A DNA stretch of 64,000 nucleotides, from the NCBI RefSeq assembly GCF_024298765.1, contig NZ_CP101212.1; one strand, given 5' to 3'. Positions 40,924-52,437 of this stretch are shown one piece after another (the stretch's first letter is position 1; every line of letters begins with the position of its first letter). The notes beneath the pieces are model-generated. The model was not told the origin of the DNA, searched no databases, and worked only from the letters and a program-made list of their open reading frames with translations. The translations under genes were made by a program, and so were the position numbers. Source of the stretch: Escherichia coli (GTDB lineage Bacteria > Pseudomonadota > Gammaproteobacteria > Enterobacterales > Enterobacteriaceae).

Positions 40924-41321
40924 TGCTGAAGTTTATGCTCGATACCAACATCTGCATTTTCACGATAAAGAACAAACCCGCCAGCGTCAGGGAGCGTTTT
41001 AACCTGAACCAGGGGAGAATGTGTATCAGTTCGGTCACCCTGATGGAGCTGATATATGGTGCAGAAAAAAGCCAGATGCCTGAACGTAATCTCGCTGTGA
41101 TCGAGGGATTTGTTTCCCGCATTGATGTTCTGGATTACGACGCTGCCGCAGCCACACACAGCGGCCAGATAAGAGCAGAACTTGCCCGTCAGGGACGCCC
41201 TGTCGGGCCATTTGATCAAATGATCGCAGGTCATGCCCGCAGTCGGGGACTGATTATTGTGACTAATAACACCCGGGAATTTGAACGTGTGGACGGTCTG
41301 AGAATTGAAGACTGGAGCTGA
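40923..41321 (+). CDS. vapC: VapC/VagD PIN-domain toxin
   Basis: 132 aa; MLDTNICIF N-terminus, acidic PIN residues. Confidence 0.85.
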   Translation: MLKFMLDTNICIFTIKNKPASVRERFNLNQGRMCISSVTLMELIYGAEKSQMPERNLAVIEGFVSRIDVLDYDAAAATHSGQIRAELARQGRPVGPFDQMIAGHARSRGLIIVTNNTREFERVDGLRIEDWS

Positions 41322-41329
41322 CCTGTTCA

Positions 41330-43483
41330 TCAGAAATCATCTCCCGGCTCAACATCCTCCCCGCGCTCCCGGTGCACATTGATGTTCACCTCTTCACGAC
41401 GCTGCATCTTCTGCTGGATATCCGGATTCTGCTCCCGTTGCCATGCCTCATAAACGGCCATATCCACCACTTCACCGGATTCACTGATCCCGGGTGGCAG
41501 TTGCTGTTCCATCTCTTCTTCCGGTTTCATTTTCAGCTCCTGCTCGATCCCCCCTGCCGGAACATTCACACCTGCATCTGACTTCTTATCGTTGATGGCA
41601 GGAGACACCGGCTGTTGCGGCTGTTCAGCCTGAGTCACGTCTTCTCCGGAAACAACCTCCGGGACATCCGGTTCGAAGAGGCTGGCCATCTGACGACCTT
41701 CTGCTTCCCTTGCGGCAAGTACGGCACTCAGACGGTTCTCCATTTCCGGGTTGATGTCACGCGGAATAAACTCCGGAGCGACCTTCGGTCGTGTCTGATA
41801 TTTCAGGGAGAGTTTTACTGCCGGATACGGTCCGGGCAGGGTGACATAACAGGTCAGATCCGGCAGAGACTGAATGTCGGAATAACTGACCAGCGTCTGA
41901 CGCTCCATATCCTTACCGGTCGATACCCCGTCACGTACCGGATCAGCACCGTAGGAATACTGCTCGCTGGCTTTCAGGTGCTCTTTCTCACCAATTTCAC
42001 CGGCAGCGAACTCTGCAATCTTATGGCTGGGAGAACGGAAAAAGGCACGGGTGTTCATGACGTCAAACAGCGTGGCAGCCGCTTTCTCACCGTAGATATC
42101 TTCCAGCTGGGCATAGGACTGGATACCAAACACATAACAGCCACCGAACTTACGGGCTTCCGGCAGGATCTCCACCAGATCCGGCAGTTTGTGTAACGTG
42201 GGTAACTCGTCACAGAAAAACCACACACGACGGTTACGGTTTTCTCCCATTGCCAGCAGACCACGAATAGCAATGGACAGCCACATGGAGATCACCGGCT
42301 TCAGGGAGGCATGGGTGTCGGCGTTCGACGAAATAAACAGCCAGCCGTTTTTCTGATCTTCCCGGACACCACGCATCCAGTCACGGATGGTGAAGGGCTC
42401 ACCGTTATGCTCAATCCCCTGCAGGTAACGGATGGCTTTCACGTAGTTGGTCAGCACAGCACGGATGGATATGGCCGTTTTCTCGATTTTCTCTTCCACC
42501 AGGTTGGCCGCCGGTGAATTACGCAGGAAGGTACGCAGCTTTTCAATTTTGATGGAAAGCAGTGTGTCCACCAGTTTGCTGTAGCTGCGGTTGGGGTCAT
42601 TACGCATCAGGTATGCCGCTTCCGCAAAAATGGTACGTCCTGAACCCTGCCAGAACGGGTCCTCTTTTGTCCCCATCGGGATCAGAGTATTTGCGGTATT
42701 ATCAAAATCTGGCTGTGTCAGGCACTCCTTCCACAAATCCCAGGCAGCACAGCGTGCATCCAGCGGATTCAGGATTTTATCGATGGAGGGATCATAGTAA
42801 CTTTTAACAAATTCCCCCGAACGGTCATAAATCACCACCATATCACCACGCTGACGGGCGTAGTTGGCCAGACGACGGATAACCTCCGACTTACCGGCCC
42901 CGACAGTGCCGTGCAGACAGAAGTTCTGGATTTCAGAATCCCGGATAATCGGCAGATCGCCAATCCGGATATCGGAATCCTTGCCATCTTTTTTCAGCAT
43001 CCTGGCCACCTCTTTCGGATTGTCAGTCAGCTGACGACCACCTGTGATTTCATTTTCGCTCTGTTGTTTACCCTGACGCCCCAGAATCCAGGAGACAACA
43101 AAGAAGGTGATCAGGCAGATAACCAGGGCCACGACAGACGCCAGAACGAATGCCGACCATAACTGCTCACCGCACCAGATCATATATTTATCATGCAGTA
43201 CCTGAGCCGCGTTCATCCGGAAGGTTTTGCCGTAATACTGGATCTCATAGACCGGCTGGGACCTGATTAAATCCCGCATGCCTTCCAGCGTGGTGCACCA
43301 CCAGTAAATGCAGCCATTCACAAACGTCTGCCAGCTTATTTTTACCCATAAAACCAGACCAACTAGGATCCAGAAAAAAATAAACAGGCAGTAAAGTATG
43401 ATATTGGCGATCTGACTGAACATGCGGATACGCATGGACGCAATCTGACCGCCCTGGGTCATATCCTTTGCGTTAAAACTCAT
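41330..43483 (-). CDS. traD: Type IV coupling protein TraD
   Basis: 717 aa; Walker A GTVGAGKS; C-terminal QQP-rich tail. Confidence 0.95.
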   Translation of the reverse strand: MSFNAKDMTQGGQIASMRIRMFSQIANIILYCLFIFFWILVGLVLWVKISWQTFVNGCIYWWCTTLEGMRDLIRSQPVYEIQYYGKTFRMNAAQVLHDKYMIWCGEQLWSAFVLASVVALVICLITFFVVSWILGRQGKQQSENEITGGRQLTDNPKEVARMLKKDGKDSDIRIGDLPIIRDSEIQNFCLHGTVGAGKSEVIRRLANYARQRGDMVVIYDRSGEFVKSYYDPSIDKILNPLDARCAAWDLWKECLTQPDFDNTANTLIPMGTKEDPFWQGSGRTIFAEAAYLMRNDPNRSYSKLVDTLLSIKIEKLRTFLRNSPAANLVEEKIEKTAISIRAVLTNYVKAIRYLQGIEHNGEPFTIRDWMRGVREDQKNGWLFISSNADTHASLKPVISMWLSIAIRGLLAMGENRNRRVWFFCDELPTLHKLPDLVEILPEARKFGGCYVFGIQSYAQLEDIYGEKAAATLFDVMNTRAFFRSPSHKIAEFAAGEIGEKEHLKASEQYSYGADPVRDGVSTGKDMERQTLVSYSDIQSLPDLTCYVTLPGPYPAVKLSLKYQTRPKVAPEFIPRDINPEMENRLSAVLAAREAEGRQMASLFEPDVPEVVSGEDVTQAEQPQQPVSPAINDKKSDAGVNVPAGGIEQELKMKPEEEMEQQLPPGISESGEVVDMAVYEAWQREQNPDIQQKMQRREEVNINVHRERGEDVEPGDDF

Positions 43484-43634
43484 GATGATATTCTGAAGAA
43501 AGAAAGTCAGTCGGACTGATTATTAATGATGAAAAGATTAATAACCGTTAAATTCCGGCTTCGCCGGCAACACTTCACGGTCGCACAAAGAATTTGCACA
43601 ACCGCTCAGTGTTTTCATATTTATTTCGGAAACG

Positions 43635-43670
43635 CCGGGGAGAAATAAAATTTATTTTATTTCTCCCCGG
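43635..43670. repeat. 17 bp perfect inverted repeat between traT and traD
   Basis: ccggggagaaataaaat-tt-attttatttctccccgg; possible traT terminator or protein-binding site. Confidence 0.5.
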
Positions 43671-43735
43671 GGTTGGACAACGAGCAAAGCGAGGCGTCAG
43701 TCAGGAGGCCGGTCAGACCAGCCTCCGGAAGATAA

Positions 43736-44467
43736 TCAGAGAATATTTGCGATTGATTTGGCCAGCTGGTCTTCGAGAACAGGCTTCGCCTCTTCAAATT
43801 TCAGGTTAACCTTGTTCGCATTTGAGACCACACGGGTCTGGTATTTATGCTGGTTACCTGTTTCAGTACTGGTCTGAATTTTCGCACCTGATGTGCCCTG
43901 ACGCAGGGCGGCAACATTATCCGTTGTCACCGTTGCCTTAGTACGCTCTGCAATCTGCACATCCGTGATCATGGTATAGTTCACATCTTCCACCATCGCA
44001 TCTGCAGCCATACCCACCAGACCGGCAGCAAGGCCCACACCGAGTGTGGCACCGGCAGAATTGGAATTATATCCGGTGATACCGGCACCTAACGCTGCAC
44101 CAACTGCTGCGCCTTCATAACCACGGTTCAGCCATCCCTGAGACTCCCGCAGATCCATCTTATCGGCCTTCAGCACATTCGCCTGAATCCAGTAGTAGGC
44201 TTTATCCGGAGAAGTCACCACCTGATACCCTTTTGCTTTCACAGCATCAGCAATTTTGCCCTGCAGCCCACTCATGTCTTTATCAGACGTGTTTTTGATC
44301 TGCAGAAATACCGTGCGTTCGCTGGCGGGTTCAAGCCAGATGGTCTCACTCATCTGAGTCTTCACCTCAAGGTTACGCTTCTTGATTGCTGTGCTCATCG
44401 CACCACACCCTGAAAGGGCCAGAGTGGAACTGACCAGTGTAACCATCATCAATTTTTTTGTTTTCAT
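43736..44467 (-). CDS. traT: Surface exclusion / serum resistance lipoprotein TraT
   Basis: 243 aa from [21 protein letters not shown] (lipobox). Confidence 0.92.
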   Translation of the reverse strand: MKTKKLMMVTLVSSTLALSGCGAMSTAIKKRNLEVKTQMSETIWLEPASERTVFLQIKNTSDKDMSGLQGKIADAVKAKGYQVVTSPDKAYYWIQANVLKADKMDLRESQGWLNRGYEGAAVGAALGAGITGYNSNSAGATLGVGLAAGLVGMAADAMVEDVNYTMITDVQIAERTKATVTTDNVAALRQGTSGAKIQTSTETGNQHKYQTRVVSNANKVNLKFEEAKPVLEDQLAKSIANIL

Positions 44468-44498
44468 CAAATTACCTTTTTTACAAACTACAGTTTTC

Positions 44499-44996
44499 TT
44501 ATTGCCTGTCATAATAGTCCTGCCAACGAGTCCCAAAAGTATTTCCCGCTGAATCAAAGCCTCCATGCATAGGATATCCGGTTGAAGGGTTATAGTAGAT
44601 CGTTGGGGTCTGTTCAATGCCCCCGAAGTCTAACTTTTCACTCCCATCATATTGGTCTTTGAGTTGATTTTGCCCCCATTTTTTTATGCTTATGCAACCA
44701 CTAACTTGCCTTAATTCGTATAGTGTACCAATGATAAAAACCATCAGGCTTAATAACGGAGAGAGTAAGGAAGATACTGGCATCGTTATATACCAAACGC
44801 CTTTACTAAACTTAAACTCATCCGACACATCCCGTTTTTTTCGTATTTGAGAGAACAACCAGATAAACAGTCCCTGCCATAGCACTATGAAGAACAGCAT
44901 AAAAACTGTTTCGGCATTCCCCCAATCAGCCAGATAACAGGCGATAAACTGTATCACTGTTACCAGAGCAATATGGGCTAAACATCTCATTATCAT
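44499..44996 (-). CDS. traS: Entry exclusion inner-membrane protein TraS (by position)
   Basis: 165 aa hydrophobic protein between traG and traT. Confidence 0.7.
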   Translation of the reverse strand: MIMRCLAHIALVTVIQFIACYLADWGNAETVFMLFFIVLWQGLFIWLFSQIRKKRDVSDEFKFSKGVWYITMPVSSLLSPLLSLMVFIIGTLYELRQVSGCISIKKWGQNQLKDQYDGSEKLDFGGIEQTPTIYYNPSTGYPMHGGFDSAGNTFGTRWQDYYDRQ

Positions 44997-45011
44997 CTCC
45001 CAAACACAGTA

Positions 45012-47834
45012 TTATTGCTTATACTTATCCTGATACTCCTTTGCCCTTTTCATCAGTTCCTGTGGACTGTCAGCCCCGGGCATTCTTTCCTGAGCCGACT
45101 TTTCTTCATTATATTTATTATTCTGAGATAATGCCTCTGTTTTATGGTGATTCTGCAGTTCAGAATACTGTCCTCTTACAATATTTTCCTCGCCACGTAT
45201 GCTGTTCTGAGTATCACCTATATTCCCTTTATATTCTGTGACCATATTATCAACCTGATGTTTTACATCATTACGGATATTACTGTCCTGCATTCTTTGC
45301 TCAATAATGGCCTGATGTCCCTGATGGTCAGCAATAATATCCTGACTGCCTCCACCCGAAGGTACGCTCTCCATTCCTTTACCAATATCGCCACGGGATT
45401 CCCGCCAGGCATTATCAACACCAGGCTGTATCTGTTCCTGCACAAAAGACCAGGCCATTGCCCGACGGCGTTCTGCAATCTCCGGCGAACTGGTATTTGT
45501 CAGAATAGCTTCGGCATCCTGCGGTGCGTGTTTCATCACATACTGTGCAAACTGTTGCGACAAATCTTCGCTCATCTGCCCACTCATGCTTTCAGTACGG
45601 GATGCCATTTCAGCATATTCATGGCTGCGGGTCATATTCGTCGTGTACTGGTCGTAACTCTGTTTCGCTGAATTCAGGGCTGCAGACAGTTGATCCACCC
45701 GGGAATCAGCATTATTGTCAGTATGGCTGCCGGATTCACTGACTTTGCGACTGGTAAAGTAATCGCTGGCCTCTTTAAAGTCCTTACTGGCTTTAGCGTC
45801 AATATCATGACGAGCATCATAGCTGGCCCGTGAACCACTGCTGGCCTGATGCGCATCATCATCACTCCAGTCAATGCCAGCCCGACCACCACCTCTAACG
45901 CCTAATCCTCCACCAACACCAAGAATTTTAGGTTTAACCCCCCATTCAGCATGAGCATCTCCATACATCCCGGCAGAAGCTCTCGTACTTCTGGATGCCA
46001 GTTCCTGAGTCGCCTGCTCATTACTGATATTATGCGCCTTCGCATAGCTTTCCACTGCACTGCGCATACGGCTGGCCATCATGGAGTCCTGTGCACTCAT
46101 CGTACTGTCAGCACCACTGGTGACAGAGTCACTGCTCCCCCGGTTAGAACCAAACTGACTGAGCGTGTTCCAGGCACTGGCAATACTGCTGCTGAAACCA
46201 TGCAGGGCACTTTCTGCTCTGTTCGACGCCTCCCGGGCCATTTCCTGTTGTGCCACTGCAATCTGACGCGTTGCATTGATACCGACCGGTAAACGGGACA
46301 TCGCTCCGCTTGCATCCATCACCATATTACCGTCACGGGTCTGTGTGGCGGTTGCGCCACTGCCGGTCTGGTACATCATCTGACCAAACGACGTGGTGCT
46401 GTTGGTGCTCCAGCTGAAGCCGTTCACGTTTTCCGTCTGCATGTTGCCGTAGGAGTAATTACCGTCAACCACACTACCTGCCGCACTGGCAGTCGGGCTG
46501 ATAGCAGAGGAAGCGAAATGGCTGTACACACTGGAAAATCCGGCCCCAAGCCCCCTGACCATCATCCAGGATAATGGCGGGATCATCATGGAAAGATACC
46601 CGGCAGTGGAAGCCAGATCGGAGTATTTCAGTTGTATCTGTGAAATTTCAGAGAGCACCACCGGCGCACCATTCTGTTTCGCATAAAATGTCATGGCACT
46701 GTTCAGAATGGCGTACAAGAGTGGCCATGACTGCAGCCACATCAGGGCAAACACATAACCTTTCAGGACAGACAGCGTCAGTTTGTTGAATACAGCCGCC
46801 AGTACCAGGAGCGGGAAAATACCGATGGCGATCCCCGTCAGGATGGTCTGCGTCATGGGCAGTGTCCGCATCGCCACATGACCGATGGAGACATGTGCCA
46901 GACGTTGTTTCTCCATCGATGACGTGGTGGCCAGATTCACCAGGCTGGCCGAATCACCATTACGTGCGGCATAACTGGTGATCCCCTCCTTCAGCGCATT
47001 GATGGTGACATTCTGGCGGATGATCTGGCTGGCTGATTTACTTGAGCCATAGAAGTAACTGTAACTGTCGCCAATCAGCGTACTGAACAGCAGGTTAGGA
47101 TCAGGGCGTCCACCAAATAGCTGCTGGGCATAATAATGCCAGGTTTTTCCGCCACTCTGTGTGTCCAGATTCAGCTTGTCTTTCAGCGAAACCGACGCGT
47201 CCTTACAGGTTACGAAATTATTATTGCTGTCATAAACGCCCCGCAGCGGGCTGGGGCGGGAAAAAATCAGCGTGTAGGGATCAGCGGAGGCCATCAGCTC
47301 CTCCAGCGTGTATTTGTGGTTCAGGTAAATATCCCCCATAACACAGTTCTGCACATAATCCTGGAAAAGATTGGCGATTTCCGGATTGCGGGACAAAAAG
47401 TCGGTGCTTTTTGATACCAGTTCTGCGCCAAACAGCATCCCCGTTTTGCTGTAGGTGACACTGTCCGGTTGCGTGAAGATCATCTCGTAACTGGCCACCA
47501 TTGCATGCCCGATACGGGTCGTCAGTGAAAGTGGCATCGCCAGTCCGACCGGCACATTATCCACCCGGTGAACTTTGACCAGGTCACTGTTATCAATAAT
47601 CTGCACCGATGTGCGGACATTAACCAGCAGGCTGATAAGCACAAATACGGCCACCCAGCCCAGCAAATCCATCACGTTGTGCCGCTGTACCCACATTACG
47701 GCCACCGCGAGAACAGACAATGTGAGCGCAATTTTTTCAATGGAATCCCACGTCCTGGTTCCCATAAAGGCGGCAATGGCGTTCAGGTTATTCCGCAACC
47801 ACTCACCACCGGCAATCACATAAACTTCATTCAC
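45012..47834 (-). CDS. traG: Mating-pair stabilisation protein TraG
   Basis: 940 aa; synteny. Confidence 0.93.
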   Translation of the reverse strand: MNEVYVIAGGEWLRNNLNAIAAFMGTRTWDSIEKIALTLSVLAVAVMWVQRHNVMDLLGWVAVFVLISLLVNVRTSVQIIDNSDLVKVHRVDNVPVGLAMPLSLTTRIGHAMVASYEMIFTQPDSVTYSKTGMLFGAELVSKSTDFLSRNPEIANLFQDYVQNCVMGDIYLNHKYTLEELMASADPYTLIFSRPSPLRGVYDSNNNFVTCKDASVSLKDKLNLDTQSGGKTWHYYAQQLFGGRPDPNLLFSTLIGDSYSYFYGSSKSASQIIRQNVTINALKEGITSYAARNGDSASLVNLATTSSMEKQRLAHVSIGHVAMRTLPMTQTILTGIAIGIFPLLVLAAVFNKLTLSVLKGYVFALMWLQSWPLLYAILNSAMTFYAKQNGAPVVLSEISQIQLKYSDLASTAGYLSMMIPPLSWMMVRGLGAGFSSVYSHFASSAISPTASAAGSVVDGNYSYGNMQTENVNGFSWSTNSTTSFGQMMYQTGSGATATQTRDGNMVMDASGAMSRLPVGINATRQIAVAQQEMAREASNRAESALHGFSSSIASAWNTLSQFGSNRGSSDSVTSGADSTMSAQDSMMASRMRSAVESYAKAHNISNEQATQELASRSTRASAGMYGDAHAEWGVKPKILGVGGGLGVRGGGRAGIDWSDDDAHQASSGSRASYDARHDIDAKASKDFKEASDYFTSRKVSESGSHTDNNADSRVDQLSAALNSAKQSYDQYTTNMTRSHEYAEMASRTESMSGQMSEDLSQQFAQYVMKHAPQDAEAILTNTSSPEIAERRRAMAWSFVQEQIQPGVDNAWRESRGDIGKGMESVPSGGGSQDIIADHQGHQAIIEQRMQDSNIRNDVKHQVDNMVTEYKGNIGDTQNSIRGEENIVRGQYSELQNHHKTEALSQNNKYNEEKSAQERMPGADSPQELMKRAKEYQDKYKQ

Positions 47835-49207
47835 CGCGTGCTCCCTCCGAAGTGATAGTTGTTTTGGTAACGACTGAGCATGCGGGCGGAAAGCTGCTGA
47901 CGCATGTAGCTCATCTGACGATCGACAACCAGCAGCGCATCCTGCTGTACCTGCACCTGTGACTGAAACGCCGCAATCTGCCGGGTGGCATCATTCATGT
48001 TGTCGTTAATATGTCCGATAACCGCTTCGTCATAATTTCCCGTGGCCACCATCGCCCGGGCCTGCTGTATCAGCTCCTGAATGTACTGCAGCAGGATGTC
48101 GTAACCGATATAGTCCGTCAGCTGGTAAATCATGCTGTTGGAAACTCCGAGCATCTGCGGGTCAACCAGGTATTTGAAGACGGGGATGGTGGTACTGGAA
48201 ATAAAGCCTTTTTCCTTGTCATCCAGAGGCGTGTCACTGACCGCCTTGTTCTGAATGCTGGCCAGAAGTTTAGTAATCTGAGACTTCAGTGCATTATCCC
48301 GGCTGATAGTCACCGGTGTGTCTGCCACCACTTTCAGGCATTTATCAGAATCGTTGCAGTGATAAATTTTTGCTGTGCCGCCTTCCATCATGGCCCGGAT
48401 AATTGAGCGGTCAGTGGTTCTGGCTGACAGCGGTGTGATTTCGCCGTTGGGACCAAACACCAGTGAGCCGGTCAGCGTCATCACAAATTCTTTCAGCTCT
48501 TTGTTGCCGTCAAACATTCTGTTTTTGGAAAGCGCATTCCACATGATGTTGATGTTTTTGGTCACCCGCTCCTTATCCTTGTCGCTGGCTTTATCCCTGA
48601 CACTGTCAGATTTCCCGCCAACGGTACATCCCTGCCGGGAAGCCGCCCAGTCAGCAAAAATATTGCTCTCACCGGCAATGTCCTGACAGACTTTCTGCTG
48701 GGACACCTGCGTCCGGGGGAAAAGCCCGCCGATAATCCCCTGTGCAGCCTGGCAGGAACTGAGGTTCATACTGTTAATGTCGCTTGCCATTTTCTGCACG
48801 AAGTCTTTTGCGGTTTTTATTTCCGGCACCGTTGTCTGCAGGGCAAGGTCAAAAAAGTAACCGGCAGCATTGCTCATAATCTGCTTAACAAAACGCTGCA
48901 ACTGCTCACCATTAATAAAACTGAACGAGCCGAGATAGGCGTCGATGCCGCCACATCCAGCATTGATATCCGGCAGCGTCATGGAAATTAGCTGAACATT
49001 TTTGACCTGAGTACGGGCATACAGGGAGCCACCGTAAGCATAGCCGGCGGCCTGCCCCTGCCAGACGCCCGGCTGTGTGGTATTGGAAGCAAATCCCAGC
49101 TTATTAAAGAACTGATTCATGTCGCTGTTCACATCCGCTGACGCTGCAGGCGTCACCGTCAGTAAGGCGGCACAAAGAACCAGAAGAGGTTTAATGCGTG
49201 GCATCAT
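47831..49207 (-). CDS. traH: Pilus assembly protein TraH
   Basis: 458 aa with signal peptide. Confidence 0.93.
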   Translation of the reverse strand: MMPRIKPLLVLCAALLTVTPAASADVNSDMNQFFNKLGFASNTTQPGVWQGQAAGYAYGGSLYARTQVKNVQLISMTLPDINAGCGGIDAYLGSFSFINGEQLQRFVKQIMSNAAGYFFDLALQTTVPEIKTAKDFVQKMASDINSMNLSSCQAAQGIIGGLFPRTQVSQQKVCQDIAGESNIFADWAASRQGCTVGGKSDSVRDKASDKDKERVTKNINIMWNALSKNRMFDGNKELKEFVMTLTGSLVFGPNGEITPLSARTTDRSIIRAMMEGGTAKIYHCNDSDKCLKVVADTPVTISRDNALKSQITKLLASIQNKAVSDTPLDDKEKGFISSTTIPVFKYLVDPQMLGVSNSMIYQLTDYIGYDILLQYIQELIQQARAMVATGNYDEAVIGHINDNMNDATRQIAAFQSQVQVQQDALLVVDRQMSYMRQQLSARMLSRYQNNYHFGGSTR

Positions 49208-49584
49208 TCTTGCCCTCCCTTAATGTGTTCTCCCGGTGCATACGACATTTCAGCAGGAATATCTCGATATTTCCGTATATTAATTCGTACATTGGGGACA
49301 GAAAAAAATGTAACAAGAAACCCGGCTGCAAGCGCATATAACGCATACGGAATGGCATATATCAGGATATTCCACATATAACTCGAATTATTTAATTCCG
49401 GGTCCGCTTTCCACGAATCAATACAGGCATCAAAAATAATATCCATAACTGTCCATAAAACAATTCCGGCAGTCAGGAATACCAGAGACAACCCAGCATA
49501 CCTGCCAGTAATTCTGGAAATGTATTTATAATCTCGTTCTGTACTTCTGATTTTGAGCTCAGGATTACTTTTATTTTCTCTCAT
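49204..49584 (-). CDS. trbF: TrbF
   Basis: About 126 aa from the internal ATG; membrane protein; synteny. Confidence 0.7.
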   Translation of the reverse strand: MRENKSNPELKIRSTERDYKYISRITGRYAGLSLVFLTAGIVLWTVMDIIFDACIDSWKADPELNNSSYMWNILIYAIPYALYALAAGFLVTFFSVPNVRINIRKYRDIPAEMSYAPGEHIKGGQE

Positions 49585-49852
49585 TATAAGTTCCCTCTGA
49601 TATTTCCGATGATTCATTCAGACCGGTCATGCGGCTGTAATATATTTCAGACACCGAAATCCATCCCACAATTGCCCCCACAAAAAACACAACAGAAACA
49701 GAAAAGGTAAGACTCAGCGAAACGACAATTTCTACAGGGCTGGCGGGATAAAAAAGCCCCTGACGGATAAAGGGGATATTCAGGCTGACGATTATTCCCG
49801 TCACGATGCCGGATATTCCGGCAATGAGTAACACCACCTGCTTATTTCGCAC
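49571..49852 (-). CDS. trbJ: TrbJ
   Basis: 93 aa from a GTG start overlapping the trbB end. Confidence 0.7.
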   Translation of the reverse strand: MRNKQVVLLIAGISGIVTGIIVSLNIPFIRQGLFYPASPVEIVVSLSLTFSVSVVFFVGAIVGWISVSEIYYSRMTGLNESSEISEGTYNERK

Positions 49853-50387
49853 CTTTTTTTCCTCCGTACATCTGCAAAACGGTATCCACCCGCGCCATAA
49901 AACCGGCGGCATCCGTTGCCCCCTGTAAAAGCGGTAATGCCTCAAGCGTGTTGACGTTGACCAGGAAGGTGGTCGGTGTGGCCACCGGGATATTCGGGAA
50001 GAAGGTCTGCATCACCTCCGGTGGCACCGGTAATGCTTCAGGAAAGGCCGTATCCCCCTGACCATCCAGGGTGTAGGAAAAAACGGAAAAGCCGTACTGC
50101 TGTGCCAGCTGTTTCAGTACCGGGTCAAACTGGTGACAGTAAGGGCAATGCCCCTGCATAAACAGCACCACCTTCCAGTCGGCCAGGTTAACCTGCCTGC
50201 CATTACTGAGGCGGAACCAGCGGGGAGCCGGCTTTGCTGTCCTGGCTGACGTGCCTGCTGCCGGTTGTGCAGGCTGCGTAGCCATACCCTGCGGATTCCA
50301 GAGTCGCTCTATTTCATCCCGGGTGGAGGCCTGCACAGCAGCGGCGCTCAGCAACAGGGTGAACAGCAGTGATTTAGTGAGAGACAT
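49842..50387 (-). CDS. trbB: Thioredoxin-like disulfide isomerase TrbB
   Basis: 181 aa with CPYC motif. Confidence 0.88.
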   Translation of the reverse strand: MSLTKSLLFTLLLSAAAVQASTRDEIERLWNPQGMATQPAQPAAGTSARTAKPAPRWFRLSNGRQVNLADWKVVLFMQGHCPYCHQFDPVLKQLAQQYGFSVFSYTLDGQGDTAFPEALPVPPEVMQTFFPNIPVATPTTFLVNVNTLEALPLLQGATDAAGFMARVDTVLQMYGGKKGAK

Positions 50388-50658
50388 GTCCGCCCTCCTG
50401 CTGCCCTTCCATCATGGCCTGTTGCCTGGCTTCCAGTGCCTCACGCTCTTCCCGGCTGACACGGGCAATCCATGCATCCAGCACCTGGTATGCGCCGAAC
50501 AGTACGAGAATGGCCGCAATCAGCTCCGCCAGAAAAAAAGCCATCCAGGGTTTGCTGTAAACAAGACGGGCGACGATATGAAACCAGACACCCAGGGAAA
50601 ATACCCACATTCCCGTAATATCAAGCCGGGGTAAAGAGAATCTGCGTTTACTTATCAT
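50374..50658 (-). CDS. traQ: Pilin chaperone TraQ
   Basis: 94 aa. Confidence 0.85.
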   Translation of the reverse strand: MISKRRFSLPRLDITGMWVFSLGVWFHIVARLVYSKPWMAFFLAELIAAILVLFGAYQVLDAWIARVSREEREALEARQQAMMEGQQEGGHVSH

Positions 50659-50738
50659 GTTAAACTCCGGTTATTATTTACATGAGAGTATTCATGTCTG
50701 TAATATTCGCGTTTGTGTGATATTAATCAGAGGTACAA

Positions 50739-51053
50739 ATGGAAAAGCGATCTTTTAAAGAAAAACTGGAAATAATCAGAAACATAATAAGAGAGTCGTT
50801 ACCGGGAAATGCGGCAATTATTGCGCTGATATATGCAGCATCACATTCATTACCGGTCAATGCCTTCCCTGACTATCTTGTAATAAGTTTATTAAGTATC
50901 GCAGCAGGCATCGTTGTATTATGGTTATTTTCAATTATCTATATTTATTTTTGTGAGCTATTCAGAAGCCACTGGATTGCGGTATGGTTTATCATATGGT
51001 CTTCAGTAATCAACCTCATTATTTTGTATGGTTTTTATGACCGTTTTATATGA
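50739..51053 (+). CDS. artA: ArtA (antisense-strand tra-region ORF)
   Basis: 104 aa hydrophobic protein on the strand opposite the tra operon, between traQ and trbA. Confidence 0.75.
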   Translation: MEKRSFKEKLEIIRNIIRESLPGNAAIIALIYAASHSLPVNAFPDYLVISLLSIAAGIVVLWLFSIIYIYFCELFRSHWIAVWFIIWSSVINLIILYGFYDRFI

Positions 51054-51054
51054 C

Positions 51055-51402
51055 TTAGCCTGTCATAAGCCCCCTTATAAAAAACCACATCACTCCGGAC
51101 CATACCGATGACAACACAATACAGATAAATATTCTTCTGAACCTGTCGAAGCTCGTAACGTCCGGTAATGCGGCCGCAACTATTGAAACAACCAGTGCTG
51201 CGCCCTGACTCATAATTGCACCACACAGAAACCAGAGACTGGCGGTAAGCACATATAAACACGCGATATTAATAACAAGGAAAACCAGTGAGCTCAGGAG
51301 AAACATTTTCCTGTCATTACGCTCAGAAAAGAAATAACCGGCAATAATGACAAATATTAACAGAACAACACCTGTAAACATTTTCAAATAATCTTCACTC
51401 AT
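51055..51402 (-). CDS. trbA: TrbA
   Basis: 115 aa membrane protein. Confidence 0.8.
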   Translation of the reverse strand: MSEDYLKMFTGVVLLIFVIIAGYFFSERNDRKMFLLSSLVFLVINIACLYVLTASLWFLCGAIMSQGAALVVSIVAAALPDVTSFDRFRRIFICIVLSSVWSGVMWFFIRGLMTG

Positions 51403-51417
51403 AAATCAAATCCGCGA

Positions 51418-52161
51418 TTAAAAATTGGGTTTAAAATCTTCAGAAACGTTCAGGAACTGTTTTGCCAGGTCGTCCTGCGAAATAAAGCCGTATGATAACG
51501 GGCGAATACTGCCCTGTTTCGGGTCAACCAGCATCATGGCCGGGAAATATTTCACGCCGAGGCGCTGCGCCTGCCCCTGGTCAGTCCGGGAATCCGGCAA
51601 CAGCGGATTAATCACGCCATCCACGGAAACGGGAATAACACTCAGACCATACGTATCCCGGAAGCCATTAATGACCTGCGCCAGTTGCCCGTCGATGGGG
51701 TCCTGCCCCCGGTAAAAAAACATGATGCCGTAGTGTTCAGCCAGTTTCGCAATGGCCTGTCGCTGCTGCGCCTGGTCTGCTGCCAGCTGGTTCCGTACCG
51801 TGCCGTTGTAATGGCTGTACTGCAGGTTATAGTCCAGTTCAGGATGTGCCAGCATGGCCTTTCTGGCGCTCATGGTGAAAAGCCCGGCCTGCTGAGTCCA
51901 GTAATTTTGCAGCCGGAAATATTTCACAAAATTATCCACGCCGGGATACAGAATGGCTTCGTACAGCGCCCGCTTTGTTGCCGTCTGCAGTGCGGCCAGT
52001 TTCTGCATAATATCCGGTTCCTGACGGGGGGCTGCAGATACAGGTTTATTTTCTTTTTCCTTCGGATTTATTTTCTCGTTATACCACTGCCAGCCTGCAT
52101 CTTTTCCTGACGCCGGAAAAATAAAGCAGCAGAGTAACAGTGGCAGTAATGCTTTATTCAT
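51418..52161 (-). CDS. traF: Pilus assembly protein TraF (thioredoxin-like fold)
   Basis: 247 aa from MNKALLPLLLCCF. Confidence 0.9.
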   Translation of the reverse strand: MNKALLPLLLCCFIFPASGKDAGWQWYNEKINPKEKENKPVSAAPRQEPDIMQKLAALQTATKRALYEAILYPGVDNFVKYFRLQNYWTQQAGLFTMSARKAMLAHPELDYNLQYSHYNGTVRNQLAADQAQQRQAIAKLAEHYGIMFFYRGQDPIDGQLAQVINGFRDTYGLSVIPVSVDGVINPLLPDSRTDQGQAQRLGVKYFPAMMLVDPKQGSIRPLSYGFISQDDLAKQFLNVSEDFKPNF

Positions 52162-52414
52162 CTTCATTCCTTTCATCACTTTTTCTTTCATCAGGTTTCT
52201 GCAGGTCAGTCAGGGCAGAAAAACAAAAATACAGAATAAACAGGAGCACACCGGAGTAAAGGATAACGAAAGCAGCGGCAAGCATCCCGTCTGCCGTGGT
52301 TTCTTTTACCGTATCCCACGACCAGATAATTACCGGAGAAATGACAATCGCTGTAATCAAAAGCCGGATAAGAAAATCAATAAAACGGTTCGACGTGAAT
52401 ATGACTTTCATCAT
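52154..52414 (-). CDS. trbE: TrbE
   Basis: 86 aa. Confidence 0.8.
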   Translation of the reverse strand: MMKVIFTSNRFIDFLIRLLITAIVISPVIIWSWDTVKETTADGMLAAAFVILYSGVLLFILYFCFSALTDLQKPDERKSDERNEDE

Positions 52415-52437
52415 TTCCCCCGGTTATTTCCCATACC

